The notes: generated from the letters alone by a model not told the origin. 64,000 nucleotides of DNA from Candidatus Omnitrophota bacterium (GCA_030650275.1 JAUSEK010000021.1:20106-84105); one strand, 5' to 3'. Shown: positions 8,346-17,568, counted from the stretch's first letter. Numbers and translations are program-made.

Positions 8346-9707
8346 TCAACGATTTTTTAATTCTCTTAACATCCGTTCCCGGTCGAGGCCTATTTTCGCC
8401 ATGGCATCCCCGGGGTCGGCATGGTAATGCCGGCAGAACGTGGTCACTTCCGTGATGGTGTGCGCCCCCTTGTCAGCCAATGTCTTTAAAACCGCCCCCC
8501 TCAACCATGTTTCGTTGATGATGTCCCTGGGGGCCATGCCGCTTTCCTGCGACAACCGGTCGCGGTACACCGTGCTGGGCGATACCGGCATCACGCGCTT
8601 CTGGTCGTAATTGTATTTGAACACATGCGACAAAAGCACCTTCATATTTTCCATCCCGCTGGTTTCCGAGATCTCGTCCACGACACGGAACATCTTGCCC
8701 TCCACGTGATAACGTTTCAGGATGACAAAAACATCCATGAGCGTGATGAGGGACTCGGGGATGTTCATGGGTTCATTGTGCAGGCGCATGATCGCTTCCC
8801 GCGCGCTCAAGGCGTGGATCGTGCCCATGCAGTATTTGCCGATATTGACGGCCGTGATCATGTCCCGCGCTTCCGCCCCCCGCACCTCCCCGACGATGAT
8901 GCGCTCGGGGCGCATGCGCAAACTGTTCTTGACCAGGTCCGAAAGGCTCAATTCATCATCGGTCTCAAGACGCGAGCAGCTGTCTTCCAAAAAAGTATTC
9001 AATTCCAAGGTGTCTTCAATAATGACCAGACGGTCCTTGGTGGGAATAAAACTCAACAACGCGTTGAGCAAGGTGGTCTTGCCTGTCCCCGGTCCGCCGG
9101 CGATGATGATATTGGCCGGCCGGATGGAAAGCCCTTCCAGATACAGCCACAACTGCCCCGCCGCCTCATAACTCATGGTCCCGCGTTTGATCAGATCAAT
9201 GACGCTCAACGGATCCATCTTGGTCTTGGTGATGGTCAATTGCGGCCCCAGCGGCGCGTCAATGATATTGACGCGTCCGGCGAGGTTGGGCAGTTCCAGA
9301 TTGGCGATCTTATGATAACCGGCGCGTCCGGCGAAGACCAGAAGTTTCTGGATGAATAAATGAAGTTCTCTGGAAGAAGCAAAATTGCGCCCGGTCGTGA
9401 TGAACCCTTTTTGGGCGTGGTGGATAAAAACGGGCTTAAGCCCGTTGATGATGATGTCCTCCACCTCGGCGTCGCATAGCAGGTCTTCAACGATCCCGTA
9501 AGAAAGGAAATTCTTGGCAAAATGGCCCTTTTCATTCTTTGAAGGAAAAAGGCCGATGAACGGCTCACCGTCTTTTTGTCCCAGAAGCAGATTGAGGGCA
9601 TGCACCACGATCTCCTGACGCTCGCTTTGGGGCAAAACGAGCGCCATCTTCCCCTTCAATTGCTCCAGTAAAAGTTCTTCCAGGTCCAAAATTTTCTCTT
9701 TGCTCAT
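8346..9707 (-). CDS. CpaF/VirB11/FlaI-family secretion or pilus ATPase
   Basis: GGPGTGKTT, IEDTLEL, LRMRPERIIVGEVRG, GTIHA. Confidence 0.88.
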   Translation of the reverse strand: MSKEKILDLEELLLEQLKGKMALVLPQSERQEIVVHALNLLLGQKDGEPFIGLFPSKNEKGHFAKNFLSYGIVEDLLCDAEVEDIIINGLKPVFIHHAQKGFITTGRNFASSRELHLFIQKLLVFAGRAGYHKIANLELPNLAGRVNIIDAPLGPQLTITKTKMDPLSVIDLIKRGTMSYEAAGQLWLYLEGLSIRPANIIIAGGPGTGKTTLLNALLSFIPTKDRLVIIEDTLELNTFLEDSCSRLETDDELSLSDLVKNSLRMRPERIIVGEVRGAEARDMITAVNIGKYCMGTIHALSAREAIMRLHNEPMNIPESLITLMDVFVILKRYHVEGKMFRVVDEISETSGMENMKVLLSHVFKYNYDQKRVMPVSPSTVYRDRLSQESGMAPRDIINETWLRGAVLKTLADKGAHTITEVTTFCRHYHADPGDAMAKIGLDRERMLRELKNR

Positions 9708-12256
9708 ACGTTCGGTCTTTTCTTGATGATCACGACGGCAGACGTCTGGATGTCCAAATATTTCCTGGCAACCCGCCGGATGTCTTTTTTAGTAACGGCA
9801 TTGATACGCGCGTCAAAATCTTTATGAAAATGATACCCTAAACCGTACAGTTCGTTGAGCGCACTCAATGACGCCAGAGCCGCCGGGGTATCCAGGCCCA
9901 TCTTGAACATCCCTTTCAAATAGGCCTTGGCGCTGTTGATCTCTTCATCCGTGACATCCTCGGCGGCGAGGGCCTGTGCCTGCCGCGTGAGAATTCCTTT
10001 GACAGTATCAATTTTATCTTCCGTCGTCAAGACAAAAAGTGAGAGGATTCCGGCATCCACCCCGGGCGTATAATCCGAACCCACCGTATAGGCCTTGCCC
10101 AATTCATCCCTGACCTTAACGAAAAGCCGCCCGCTCAAACCGGAACCCAACACCGCGTCGATGACTTCCATGGTCCAGCGGTCTTCGTCTTTCAAAACAG
10201 GCGCCTGGAAAGCCATCATCACAACCGCCTGTTCTTTGTCCATGGCCACTGTTTTTTCACGGGTCTTTTGGGGAGGCGATTCCTGAAATTCTTTGAGCAA
10301 CGGCCTGCCTTTAGACAAACCGGAAAACTTTTTCCTGATCTCCTGTATCACGGACGCGGGATCAAAATCCCCAAAAACAGCAAGCACCGCGTTGTCCGCG
10401 CGGACAAAACGCTGGTAGTATTCAATCGCGTCTTGACGGGTGATCTTTTGCACCGACCCCTTGGTGCCCAGAACATCACGGCCGAACGGATGGGTCAAAT
10501 ACAAGGTCTGAAACAATTCTTTAAAACCGACCGAAGCAATGTCATCATCCCTGGCATCAATGTCCGCGGCCATGTTGGTCTTTTCATGTTCTATTTCATC
10601 CATGGAAAAAGAGGGTTGCGCCAACAGGCCCTGCATGGTGTCCAAAGCAAAAGACAGGTCGTCGGACAGGACGTTCATGCTCAAACCGATGCTGTTGCGT
10701 CCGGCAAACCCGGACAAAGAACCGCCCCGGTTTTCCACGTTCTTTTTAACGCCTTTAGTCCAGACCCTGGACACCAGCATGCTTAAACCGGACAGTTCAG
10801 GATTTTCCTGACGGGTCCCGGCATTAAAAACGCAATCCACAGCGATAACCCCGACGCTATGATCTTCTCCCAAGAGAACGGTCAGACCATTGTCCAAAAC
10901 GATCTTTTGGATATTGGACTTTCGCGGTTTTATTTCAACCGTCCCGGAAGCAGGACCGCCCTGCATAGGCCTTAAAACATTGATCGTCAGGTGATCATCC
11001 GTCAAATAGCGCCGGGCCACGCGTTTAATGTCCTCATTGCCGATCTTTTTAACGGCATCCACGTATTTCTTGGAAAAATACGGATCTCCCATCATGGCCT
11101 CGTCGGTGGCCGCCCTATATGCCAAAGAGGATGATGTCTGATTGCCAAATACGAACTGGCTTAAGACCTGGCGTTTGGTCTTTTCCAATTCTTGAGCATC
11201 CAAGCCCGAGCGCTTGACCTGCTCAATAGCGGATCTGGACGCTTGCAGAACAGCGGACAAATGGTCCTTGCTCATCACCCCTTCAACCGCGAACATGCCT
11301 TTGTCCTGGGGAGTAAAATTAAAAGCGGAGATCTCTTCAACCAATTTCTTTTTCTCATAAATATCCTGATAAAGCCGCGAGCCCTCCCCCTGCCCTAACG
11401 CCATGGCCAAAACATCAAGGGCATACAAATCCGGATCGGCGATGCTCACCCCTTGATAGGCCAAAGAAAAACGGATGAGCGGTGTTGCAAAATGGTCTTC
11501 AAAGCGGCGCTGTGCTATCTGCGGCGGCTCCTGCGGGGTATTGCGTTCAAGGTATGGCCTCTGCTTAAGATCTTTGAACGCCTCTTTGATCAAAGGCAGA
11601 ACCTCCGGGCTTCGCACAGGCCCCGCGACAGACAAAATGATATTATTGGGGATATACCGGGACTTGTAATACGCATACAACCCCTCCCGCGTGACACCGT
11701 CAAACAGCGACGGATACCCGATGATCGGATGGCGGTAGGGATGGCGGATATAGACATTCCTGAAAACCAGATCGCTCAAGCGCCGGTCAGGACGGTCATT
11801 GTACAAACGCATTTCTCCGTGGATGACCTCGCGTTCTTTTTCAACCTGGGCAGGATCAAAAGCGGAATTGGCCACCATGTCCGCGATGATGTCCAGCCCT
11901 TGCGCAAAATTGCCCGACGGAAGATCCAGTGTATAAATGGTGTGATCAAAAGAAGTAGACGCGTTGATGGTGCCGCCCAAGGCCTCAACTTCTTTGGCAA
12001 TGGCGCCGACAGGACGCTTGGCCGTGCCCTTAAACAGCATGTGTTCAATGAAATGGGATATCCCGGCGCCTGAATATTCCCCTTCAACCGCCGACCCGGT
12101 CTTGATATAAGCATCAATAGACAGGACTTCGCTGGACGGCATTTCCTGGACCAGAACGGTCATGCCGTTTTCCAGAACTTCTTTGCGGACCTGATCGGCA
12201 TATACGGGTGAAAAGACGGACAAAAACAGCAGGAGAAAAAGCAGGCGTTTGGCCAT
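9704..12256 (-). CDS. Secreted M16 (pitrilysin/insulinase) zinc peptidase, two-module
   Basis: Signal peptide, HFIEHMLFKGT (HxxEH), NASTS, two LENG/LDNG modules. Confidence 0.92.
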   Translation of the reverse strand: MAKRLLFLLLFLSVFSPVYADQVRKEVLENGMTVLVQEMPSSEVLSIDAYIKTGSAVEGEYSGAGISHFIEHMLFKGTAKRPVGAIAKEVEALGGTINASTSFDHTIYTLDLPSGNFAQGLDIIADMVANSAFDPAQVEKEREVIHGEMRLYNDRPDRRLSDLVFRNVYIRHPYRHPIIGYPSLFDGVTREGLYAYYKSRYIPNNIILSVAGPVRSPEVLPLIKEAFKDLKQRPYLERNTPQEPPQIAQRRFEDHFATPLIRFSLAYQGVSIADPDLYALDVLAMALGQGEGSRLYQDIYEKKKLVEEISAFNFTPQDKGMFAVEGVMSKDHLSAVLQASRSAIEQVKRSGLDAQELEKTKRQVLSQFVFGNQTSSSLAYRAATDEAMMGDPYFSKKYVDAVKKIGNEDIKRVARRYLTDDHLTINVLRPMQGGPASGTVEIKPRKSNIQKIVLDNGLTVLLGEDHSVGVIAVDCVFNAGTRQENPELSGLSMLVSRVWTKGVKKNVENRGGSLSGFAGRNSIGLSMNVLSDDLSFALDTMQGLLAQPSFSMDEIEHEKTNMAADIDARDDDIASVGFKELFQTLYLTHPFGRDVLGTKGSVQKITRQDAIEYYQRFVRADNAVLAVFGDFDPASVIQEIRKKFSGLSKGRPLLKEFQESPPQKTREKTVAMDKEQAVVMMAFQAPVLKDEDRWTMEVIDAVLGSGLSGRLFVKVRDELGKAYTVGSDYTPGVDAGILSLFVLTTEDKIDTVKGILTRQAQALAAEDVTDEEINSAKAYLKGMFKMGLDTPAALASLSALNELYGLGYHFHKDFDARINAVTKKDIRRVARKYLDIQTSAVVIIKKRPNV

Positions 12257-12257
12257 T

Positions 12258-12794
12258 TCAGGAAGACCCGCGGTGATATTCATCCAGCAAGCGGCGGATG
12301 TCTGTTGCTGAATTCTTGGCGATCTGCGAGCAGATAAAGATCAATAAAGAGAACGGCCACACGTCCTGGGGCCCCACCAACAGACCGGCCAGGGTGTTTT
12401 CCTGCCTTTGCAGAAGATCGCCGTAATGCCGGATGGCGGCATGCACGTCCCCTTCAAAAACATCAAGAGAATGGGTCTTATTGTCGTATTTCAAAGACGG
12501 CCCCGAACCGCCGCGTACCAGCAAAAAATTAACCATGCTCTCTTCATGAGAAGGATCAAGGCCTTCCAAAGAGAACCCTTCCAGTTGGGGGATGTTGGGA
12601 GGCAGGATCAGCGACGGGCGGTCCACGACCACCTCTCCCTTGCGCACCACGGTATCGCCGGGGTTGATGGATGAAGCGGACAAAAGCACATACGGGACAT
12701 GCGTTTCCTTAAACGTCTGCAGGGACTGGACGCGGGAACGGATGATATCGGTTTCTCTTAAGGCCTTATCCCAGGCATCATGAATGTTCATCAT
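12258..12794 (-). CDS. Hypothetical protein
   Basis: Open frame starting MMNIHDAWDKAL after the tRNA; the longer ORF-track start runs through the tRNA. Confidence 0.7.
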   Translation of the reverse strand: MMNIHDAWDKALRETDIIRSRVQSLQTFKETHVPYVLLSASSINPGDTVVRKGEVVVDRPSLILPPNIPQLEGFSLEGLDPSHEESMVNFLLVRGGSGPSLKYDNKTHSLDVFEGDVHAAIRHYGDLLQRQENTLAGLLVGPQDVWPFSLLIFICSQIAKNSATDIRRLLDEYHRGSS

Positions 12795-12811
12795 ATAGGT
12801 ATACCGAAAAA

Positions 12812-12899
12812 TGGCGGAGAGGCTGGGATTCGAACCCAGGGCCCCTTGCGAGGCAACGGTTTTCGGGACCGCCGCATTCGACCACTCTGCCACCTCTCC
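12812..12899 (-). tRNA. tRNA-Ser(CGA) with encoded CCA and atypical C33
   Basis: GGAGAGG...CCTCTCCGCCA; anticodon loop CC-CGA-AA. Confidence 0.85.
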
Positions 12900-12907
12900 C
12901 AAAGTCG

Positions 12908-13558
12908 TTAATTATACATATCTTCCCTGCTTAAGGGAATCAAATTTGCATAGTACATGAGCCGGGCGATGTCAGACATCTTCAACAAGATGGATATCCT
13001 GCCCAATAATACCCCTTTACCGATCAGATCCTTGACCATCTTTCCCCGGGCCGTCAAAACACGCGGCACAACCGACATAGGCAAAAGGCGGACATGCACC
13101 GTAGGATTATCATTGATAAAACCGGTTTTGATGCCGTATTCCAAAATTTCTCGCAACAGCAAAAGGGTCAGGTTCACTTTTTTTGGATTAACGTCCCGGC
13201 CCTTGGCAAGATGGGCCTTGTAGGATTCAATGACAGCAGGTGTCACCTGGGATAATTTGATCAAATGCGGGTGGTCTTTTTTACAAAAAGCGCTGAAATG
13301 ATTTGCGGTCAGGCGCAGGCGTTCCAATGTTTTGGGGGGATGCTGGCCGGCCGCGTCATTTAAAAACTGTTCAAGAAAAACAGGAAGATCAATATCGCGG
13401 ACAATGGTCAGGGATTCTCCGCCGGCGATCTTGGTTTCAATGTCTTCCAACAACTTTTGGGCAGCGGTCCGATCAGGCCCGGCGATCTGGGAATACAAAA
13501 GTCCCCGGGCGTAGAATTCAACGTAATACGTATTTCCTATTTTACGGACTTGACCCAT
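12908..13558 (-). CDS. Degenerate tyrosine-recombinase-like protein (arm/core-binding domains, catalytic core deleted)
   Basis: N-terminal YYVEFY beta sheet, SAM-like LSQVTPAVIESYKAHL...VNLTLLLLREILEYG...NP; no HxxR; C-terminal box-II-like LIGKGV...LLKMSDIARLMYY. Confidence 0.65.
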   Translation of the reverse strand: MGQVRKIGNTYYVEFYARGLLYSQIAGPDRTAAQKLLEDIETKIAGGESLTIVRDIDLPVFLEQFLNDAAGQHPPKTLERLRLTANHFSAFCKKDHPHLIKLSQVTPAVIESYKAHLAKGRDVNPKKVNLTLLLLREILEYGIKTGFINDNPTVHVRLLPMSVVPRVLTARGKMVKDLIGKGVLLGRISILLKMSDIARLMYYANLIPLSREDMYN

Positions 13559-13578
13559 ATAGAAAGTGAAATAAAAAA

Positions 13579-13663
13579 CGGAGAGGCTGGGATTCGAACC
13601 CAGGGCCCCTTGCGAGGCAACGGTTTTCAAGACCGCCGCATTCGACCACTCTGCCACCTCTCC
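13579..13663 (-). tRNA. tRNA-Ser(TGA), CCA not encoded
   Basis: Same body as the CGA copy; loop CT-TGA-AA. Confidence 0.95.
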
Positions 13664-13799
13664 AATATCATAACACCAATGCTTACAATAACTTATGATA
13701 AATATAATTTCTGTAAATCTTCCTTATTTCGTTTGGTGTCTAAATTGTGACTGTTTGTAAATTCATTATTACCTCTATTATTACCCTCTTTTAGAGGTA

Positions 13800-14840
13800 T
13801 TACCTCTTCTGCCAAACGGCTCCGGGCCCCCGCCCAAGGCATTTAACTTTCTTCGATTTTTGAAGATTACGAAGAACTATTCTGATCATATCCCGACTAA
13901 CCCCAGGACATGCTCTTTCAAGATCCGAAAGGGTAAAATCCTTCTCAAAGGCATTAATAGCCGTTTCAATAAATTCCGTTTTTGATCCTCGTGGGCTTTT
14001 TATTTGCCCTACCCGGCTTTCAAACTCATGGTAAGCCGTTTTAAGAATATAGAGAAGATAATTGATATAGGGCCAAGGGTCATGTTTACCCTCATGCCAC
14101 CCTTGAGAACTCTGTTGCAATGTTTCATAGTAGCGTTCTTTGTTTTGCTCAATAAGCCGTTCAAGGCTAATATAGCGTCCAACCTCATAGCCCAGCGTAT
14201 AACATTGAAGCAAGAGCAATAGCCGCGAAACACGACCATTGCCATCCCGGAATGGATGAATACAAAGAAAGTCGAGATTGAAAGCGCCCAACGCAATCAA
14301 AGGATGAACGCTTTTTTCCTTTAAAGCGTCCTGCCAATATTTGACAAGCTCCATTGTAAAGCCAGGTGTTCTTGAAGGATCTAGAGTTTTAAAACGCACA
14401 CGTTCTCCCCCACCTGGTAATTTCTCAATAATATCTACTTCTTTCTCTTTATATTTTCCGGCATCCCAAATTTCACCACGGCTCATCTGGTGTAACTTAA
14501 GGATTGTTTTTTCGGAAATCGAGACCCCCGTCCCTTCACGATGGATCCAATCAAGTGCGGTGCGATAACAACGCACCTCTTCCTCGCTCCGGTCTTTCAG
14601 ATGGGTCTTGCCAAAAACAACCGTCGCCACACGTTTTTCATCAACAAGCACCCCTTCGATCCTGTTGGAAGAAACAGCGCTTTCAATCAAAGCATGCTCT
14701 CTTAAAACTTTCAGTTTCTGTGGGAACTGTTTGGTAAAAAGCTCCTGCTTTCCTTTTGCCTCCCCCAAATCTGCCAAATACCAGGAGGTGGCTATAGGGA
14801 TGTTCTCTATTTTTTTCTCAAACTGCTGAAAAGTTTTCAT
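13800..14840 (-). CDS. Fic-domain protein (class II, N-terminal inhibitory helix) with C-terminal wHTH
   Basis: HPFRDGNGRVSR Fic motif; SNRIEG matches (S/T)xxxEG. Confidence 0.9.
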   Translation of the reverse strand: MKTFQQFEKKIENIPIATSWYLADLGEAKGKQELFTKQFPQKLKVLREHALIESAVSSNRIEGVLVDEKRVATVVFGKTHLKDRSEEEVRCYRTALDWIHREGTGVSISEKTILKLHQMSRGEIWDAGKYKEKEVDIIEKLPGGGERVRFKTLDPSRTPGFTMELVKYWQDALKEKSVHPLIALGAFNLDFLCIHPFRDGNGRVSRLLLLLQCYTLGYEVGRYISLERLIEQNKERYYETLQQSSQGWHEGKHDPWPYINYLLYILKTAYHEFESRVGQIKSPRGSKTEFIETAINAFEKDFTLSDLERACPGVSRDMIRIVLRNLQKSKKVKCLGRGPGAVWQKR

Positions 14841-14895
14841 AATATCTTACCTACCTCTCCGATGCAATAGTAACATTCCCCGTCGGTCAAGTCAA

Positions 14896-15498
14896 TCAGC
14901 GAGGAATGAAAAGAACTTTATAGACGTATGTGTAATACACAGCAATGCGGTGGGCCAGGGACTTGATGAAGGCGATGAAGGAGAACTCCGGCAACAGGGG
15001 AATGATGACGGCGGCGAGGATGATGAGATTGGCGGACAGGACCAGCCCGAAAGACACGAGATACTGGCCTTTCATCGGGCTGGGATCCGATTCATAAAGT
15101 TGACGGGCAGTGCCGATGACATGCAGGGCGGCCGCGAATGCCAATAAAAAAAGCACAAGCCGCTCATAAGCGCCATAACCCAGCGCGTTGAGAACCAACC
15201 CCAGACAAATGACCAAGATCGCGTAGATGGGAACGACGGCCCCGGCCATGTCGGCGGACGGCCCCAAAAAAGAAAAGATCTTCGCGACAACGGAGCGGCC
15301 GAACCCATAAACTTCTTTAAAATCATAAAGGAATAAATGCAGGATGGTATAAGCCGCAATGCCCCACAACAGCCATTGTTCTTTATGGACGGGAACGCCC
15401 AAGAACTGGTCCTGGAACGCCAAAACGCAGGCAACGACCAACGGCAGGACCAATAAAAAGAGAAGGAATTTCAGGATGGTCAATAATCCTTGTTTCAC
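14896..15498 (-). CDS. Hypothetical integral membrane protein
   Basis: About five hydrophobic segments; GTG start overlaps the serS stop. Confidence 0.75.
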   Translation of the reverse strand: MKQGLLTILKFLLFLLVLPLVVACVLAFQDQFLGVPVHKEQWLLWGIAAYTILHLFLYDFKEVYGFGRSVVAKIFSFLGPSADMAGAVVPIYAILVICLGLVLNALGYGAYERLVLFLLAFAAALHVIGTARQLYESDPSPMKGQYLVSFGLVLSANLIILAAVIIPLLPEFSFIAFIKSLAHRIAVYYTYVYKVLFIPR

Positions 15499-16772
15499 TT
15501 TTTCCTCCCGATACGCTCAACGCCGCCCATGTAAGGACGAAGGACTTCGGGGACAATGACGTCCCCTTCCTTGGTCTGGTAATTTTCCAGAATGGCGGCC
15601 ATGGTCCGCGGCAGGGCAACGCCGGAACCGTTGAGGGTGTGGACGAAAGCGGACTTTTTGCCGTCCTTACCTTTGTAGCGGATGTTCGCCCGGCGGGCCT
15701 GAAAATCCTCAAAATTTGAACAACTGGAGGCCTCCAGCCATTTGTCCAAACCGGCCGCGTACACCTCGATGTCGTAGCATTTGGCGGCGGCAAAACTCAA
15801 GTCACCGCTGGCCAGCAACAACACCCGATAAGGAATACCCAACAATTGAAATATCTTGCAGGCATCAGCCAATAAGGATTCCAATTCCTCATAAGAATTT
15901 TCCGGTTTGACGAATTTGACTAATTCCACTTTATCAAATTGGTGGATGCGCACGAGCCCGCGGGTGTCCTTGCCATAAGAACCCGCCTCCCGCCGGAAAC
16001 ACGTGGTATAAGCGGTGTAATAAAGAGGCAGGTCCTCTTCATTGAGCGTTTCATCACGGTGGATATTAGTGACCGGGACCTCGGCCGTGGGGATCAAATA
16101 AAGATCATCGGATGGCAGATGATACATGTCCTCTTTCATCTTGGGCAATTGCCCGGTCCCTGTCATGGACGCGGCATTGACCAAAACCGGCGGGGACATT
16201 TCGCAATAACCGTGTTCGCGGGTGTGCGTATCCAGCATAAAATTGTATAAAGCCCTCTCCAGCCGCGCCCCGAGGTCTTTATAAAGGACAAAATTGGAAC
16301 CGCTTAATTTCGCGCCCCTTTTAAAATCAATGATGTCCAGCGCTTCGGCGATCTCAATATGCGTCTTGGGTTTAAAATCCGGTTTCGGCGCTTTGCCCCA
16401 ACGGTTGATCTCTTTATTGGCCTCGGCCCCGCCGACGGGAACGGAACTGTGAGGGATGTTGGGGATGCCCAGCAGAATGTCCTGAATTTGCCCTTCAATA
16501 CCCTTGATGACCGGCTCCATGGCATCCACCTTCTGGGCAATGGCCTTCATGGGACCGATCTTCGCCTTAGGATCGCATTTTTCCTTAATGAGCCGGCCGA
16601 TCTCGTCATTGGCAATATTCTTTTTGGCTTTAAGGTCTTCAAGATCAACCAGCAATTTCCGGCGCTGGCTGTCTAGTTCCAAAAGACGGTTGAGATCGGC
16701 CTTGGCGTGTCTGGCCTCAAGGCCGGCCTTGACCTGGTCGGGATTATCGCGAATGAACCTTAGGTCGAGCAT
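15495..16772 (-). CDS. serS: Serine--tRNA ligase
   Basis: LIPTAEVP, FRREAGSYGKDTRG, SSCSN, HTLNGSG. Confidence 0.98.
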   Translation of the reverse strand: MLDLRFIRDNPDQVKAGLEARHAKADLNRLLELDSQRRKLLVDLEDLKAKKNIANDEIGRLIKEKCDPKAKIGPMKAIAQKVDAMEPVIKGIEGQIQDILLGIPNIPHSSVPVGGAEANKEINRWGKAPKPDFKPKTHIEIAEALDIIDFKRGAKLSGSNFVLYKDLGARLERALYNFMLDTHTREHGYCEMSPPVLVNAASMTGTGQLPKMKEDMYHLPSDDLYLIPTAEVPVTNIHRDETLNEEDLPLYYTAYTTCFRREAGSYGKDTRGLVRIHQFDKVELVKFVKPENSYEELESLLADACKIFQLLGIPYRVLLLASGDLSFAAAKCYDIEVYAAGLDKWLEASSCSNFEDFQARRANIRYKGKDGKKSAFVHTLNGSGVALPRTMAAILENYQTKEGDVIVPEVLRPYMGGVERIGRKK

Positions 16773-16780
16773 GATGAGTT

Positions 16781-16810
16781 ATGGTAACGCAAACCGACGG
16801 TCGGTGTCAA
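16781..16810 (-). promoter_or_regulatory. Putative sigma70 promoter of serS
   Basis: TTGACA-N18-TACCAT, 8 nt before the ATG; no SD. Confidence 0.55.
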
Positions 16811-16823
16811 ATCAAAAGCGGGA

Positions 16824-17165
16824 TTATTCGAGGATCAAATTCTTCAGGTTCTCTAATAACGCGTCGCATTGACGGTCACTGAGCTTGCCCAGATGTTGCT
16901 TGAAACGGTGGTTATCAATGGCGCGGATTTGATCGGTCATAATGTCGGAATCAAACGGCAACAAAGATTCTTTGGCAAGGACCCTGACCCTTAAAGGGGC
17001 GGCATCGTTTCTAAGCCTTGAAGTTAATAAACAAACGACTGTGCTTGTATGGATATCATTGATGTCGTCCGTCTGTACGACGACAACCGGACGGGTCTTG
17101 CCCGGCTCTGTGCCAAAAGCCGGGTCCAGATCTGCCAAATAAATATGGAATTTAGATATTTTCAT
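16824..17165 (-). CDS. MazF/PemK-family endoribonuclease toxin
   Basis: DLDPAFGTEPGKTRPVVVVQ, LTS, DQIRAID. Confidence 0.92.
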   Translation of the reverse strand: MKISKFHIYLADLDPAFGTEPGKTRPVVVVQTDDINDIHTSTVVCLLTSRLRNDAAPLRVRVLAKESLLPFDSDIMTDQIRAIDNHRFKQHLGKLSDRQCDALLENLKNLILE

Positions 17166-17398
17166 TCAAGCAGATGAGGGTCTATGCCTTCGATCTCCCG
17201 CAAGAGAGCCAACGAATCCGCTCCGACCAGTCTGGACGCCTTGCGCAATTGCTGGCGCCATTTCCGCTTGCGATTGATCTTATTATAAAATTCCAAGGCC
17301 TTATTAATGTATGCATTGCGGGACAAATGCACCTCTTTCACCACTTCTTCCAGATCTTTAAAAATATCGTCTTTTATCTTCAATGAGATCGCTTTCAT
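17162..17398 (-). CDS. RHH-type antitoxin
   Basis: MKAISLKI...SRNAYINKAL RHH pattern, SD AGGAG, ATGA overlap with the toxin gene. Confidence 0.82.
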   Translation of the reverse strand: MKAISLKIKDDIFKDLEEVVKEVHLSRNAYINKALEFYNKINRKRKWRQQLRKASRLVGADSLALLREIEGIDPHLLE

Positions 17399-17458
17399 TT
17401 TCCCCTCCTGTGGTATCACTAAAAGTATATACCACTTTGAGAGGGAATCAAGAAAAAA

Positions 17459-17568
17459 ATTCGAAGCGTCCGGCGATCGTGTTGCGGCGGAGGAGCGCGG
17501 TGGTCCCCGGGCCTATCAGCGTTCGAACACCTTTAAGCCCCACCGAGGTCCAATGGACGCTTTCGAAT
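17459..17568 (-). ncRNA. Candidate structured RNA (rod with internal bubble) downstream of spoVG
   Basis: Terminal helix ATTCGAAAGCGTCC/GGACGCTTCGAAT, inner helices CGGTGG/CCACCG and GGGCTTA/TAGGCCC, followed by a T-tract. Confidence 0.4.

Noticed and set aside
12795-13657. ORF-track N-terminal extensions (MGEVAEWSNAA..., MAEWSNAA...) that look like a repeated peptide
   Set aside because: They are translations of the two tRNA-Ser genes; the real starts are at about 12794 and 13558
6566-13663. Intact prophage or integrative element at the tRNA genes
   Set aside because: The att-like duplications enclose only 110-250 bp, the recombinase lacks catalytic residues, and no phage or conjugation genes are present
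13765-13810. ATTACC(T/C)CT triple repeat at the end of the fic gene
   Set aside because: Short low-complexity repeat with no supportable function
17459-17568. tRNA-Sec, SRP RNA or a known riboswitch
   Set aside because: No cloverleaf or UCA anticodon, no SRP domain IV motif, and no riboswitch consensus recognised; kept only as an unassigned structured RNA
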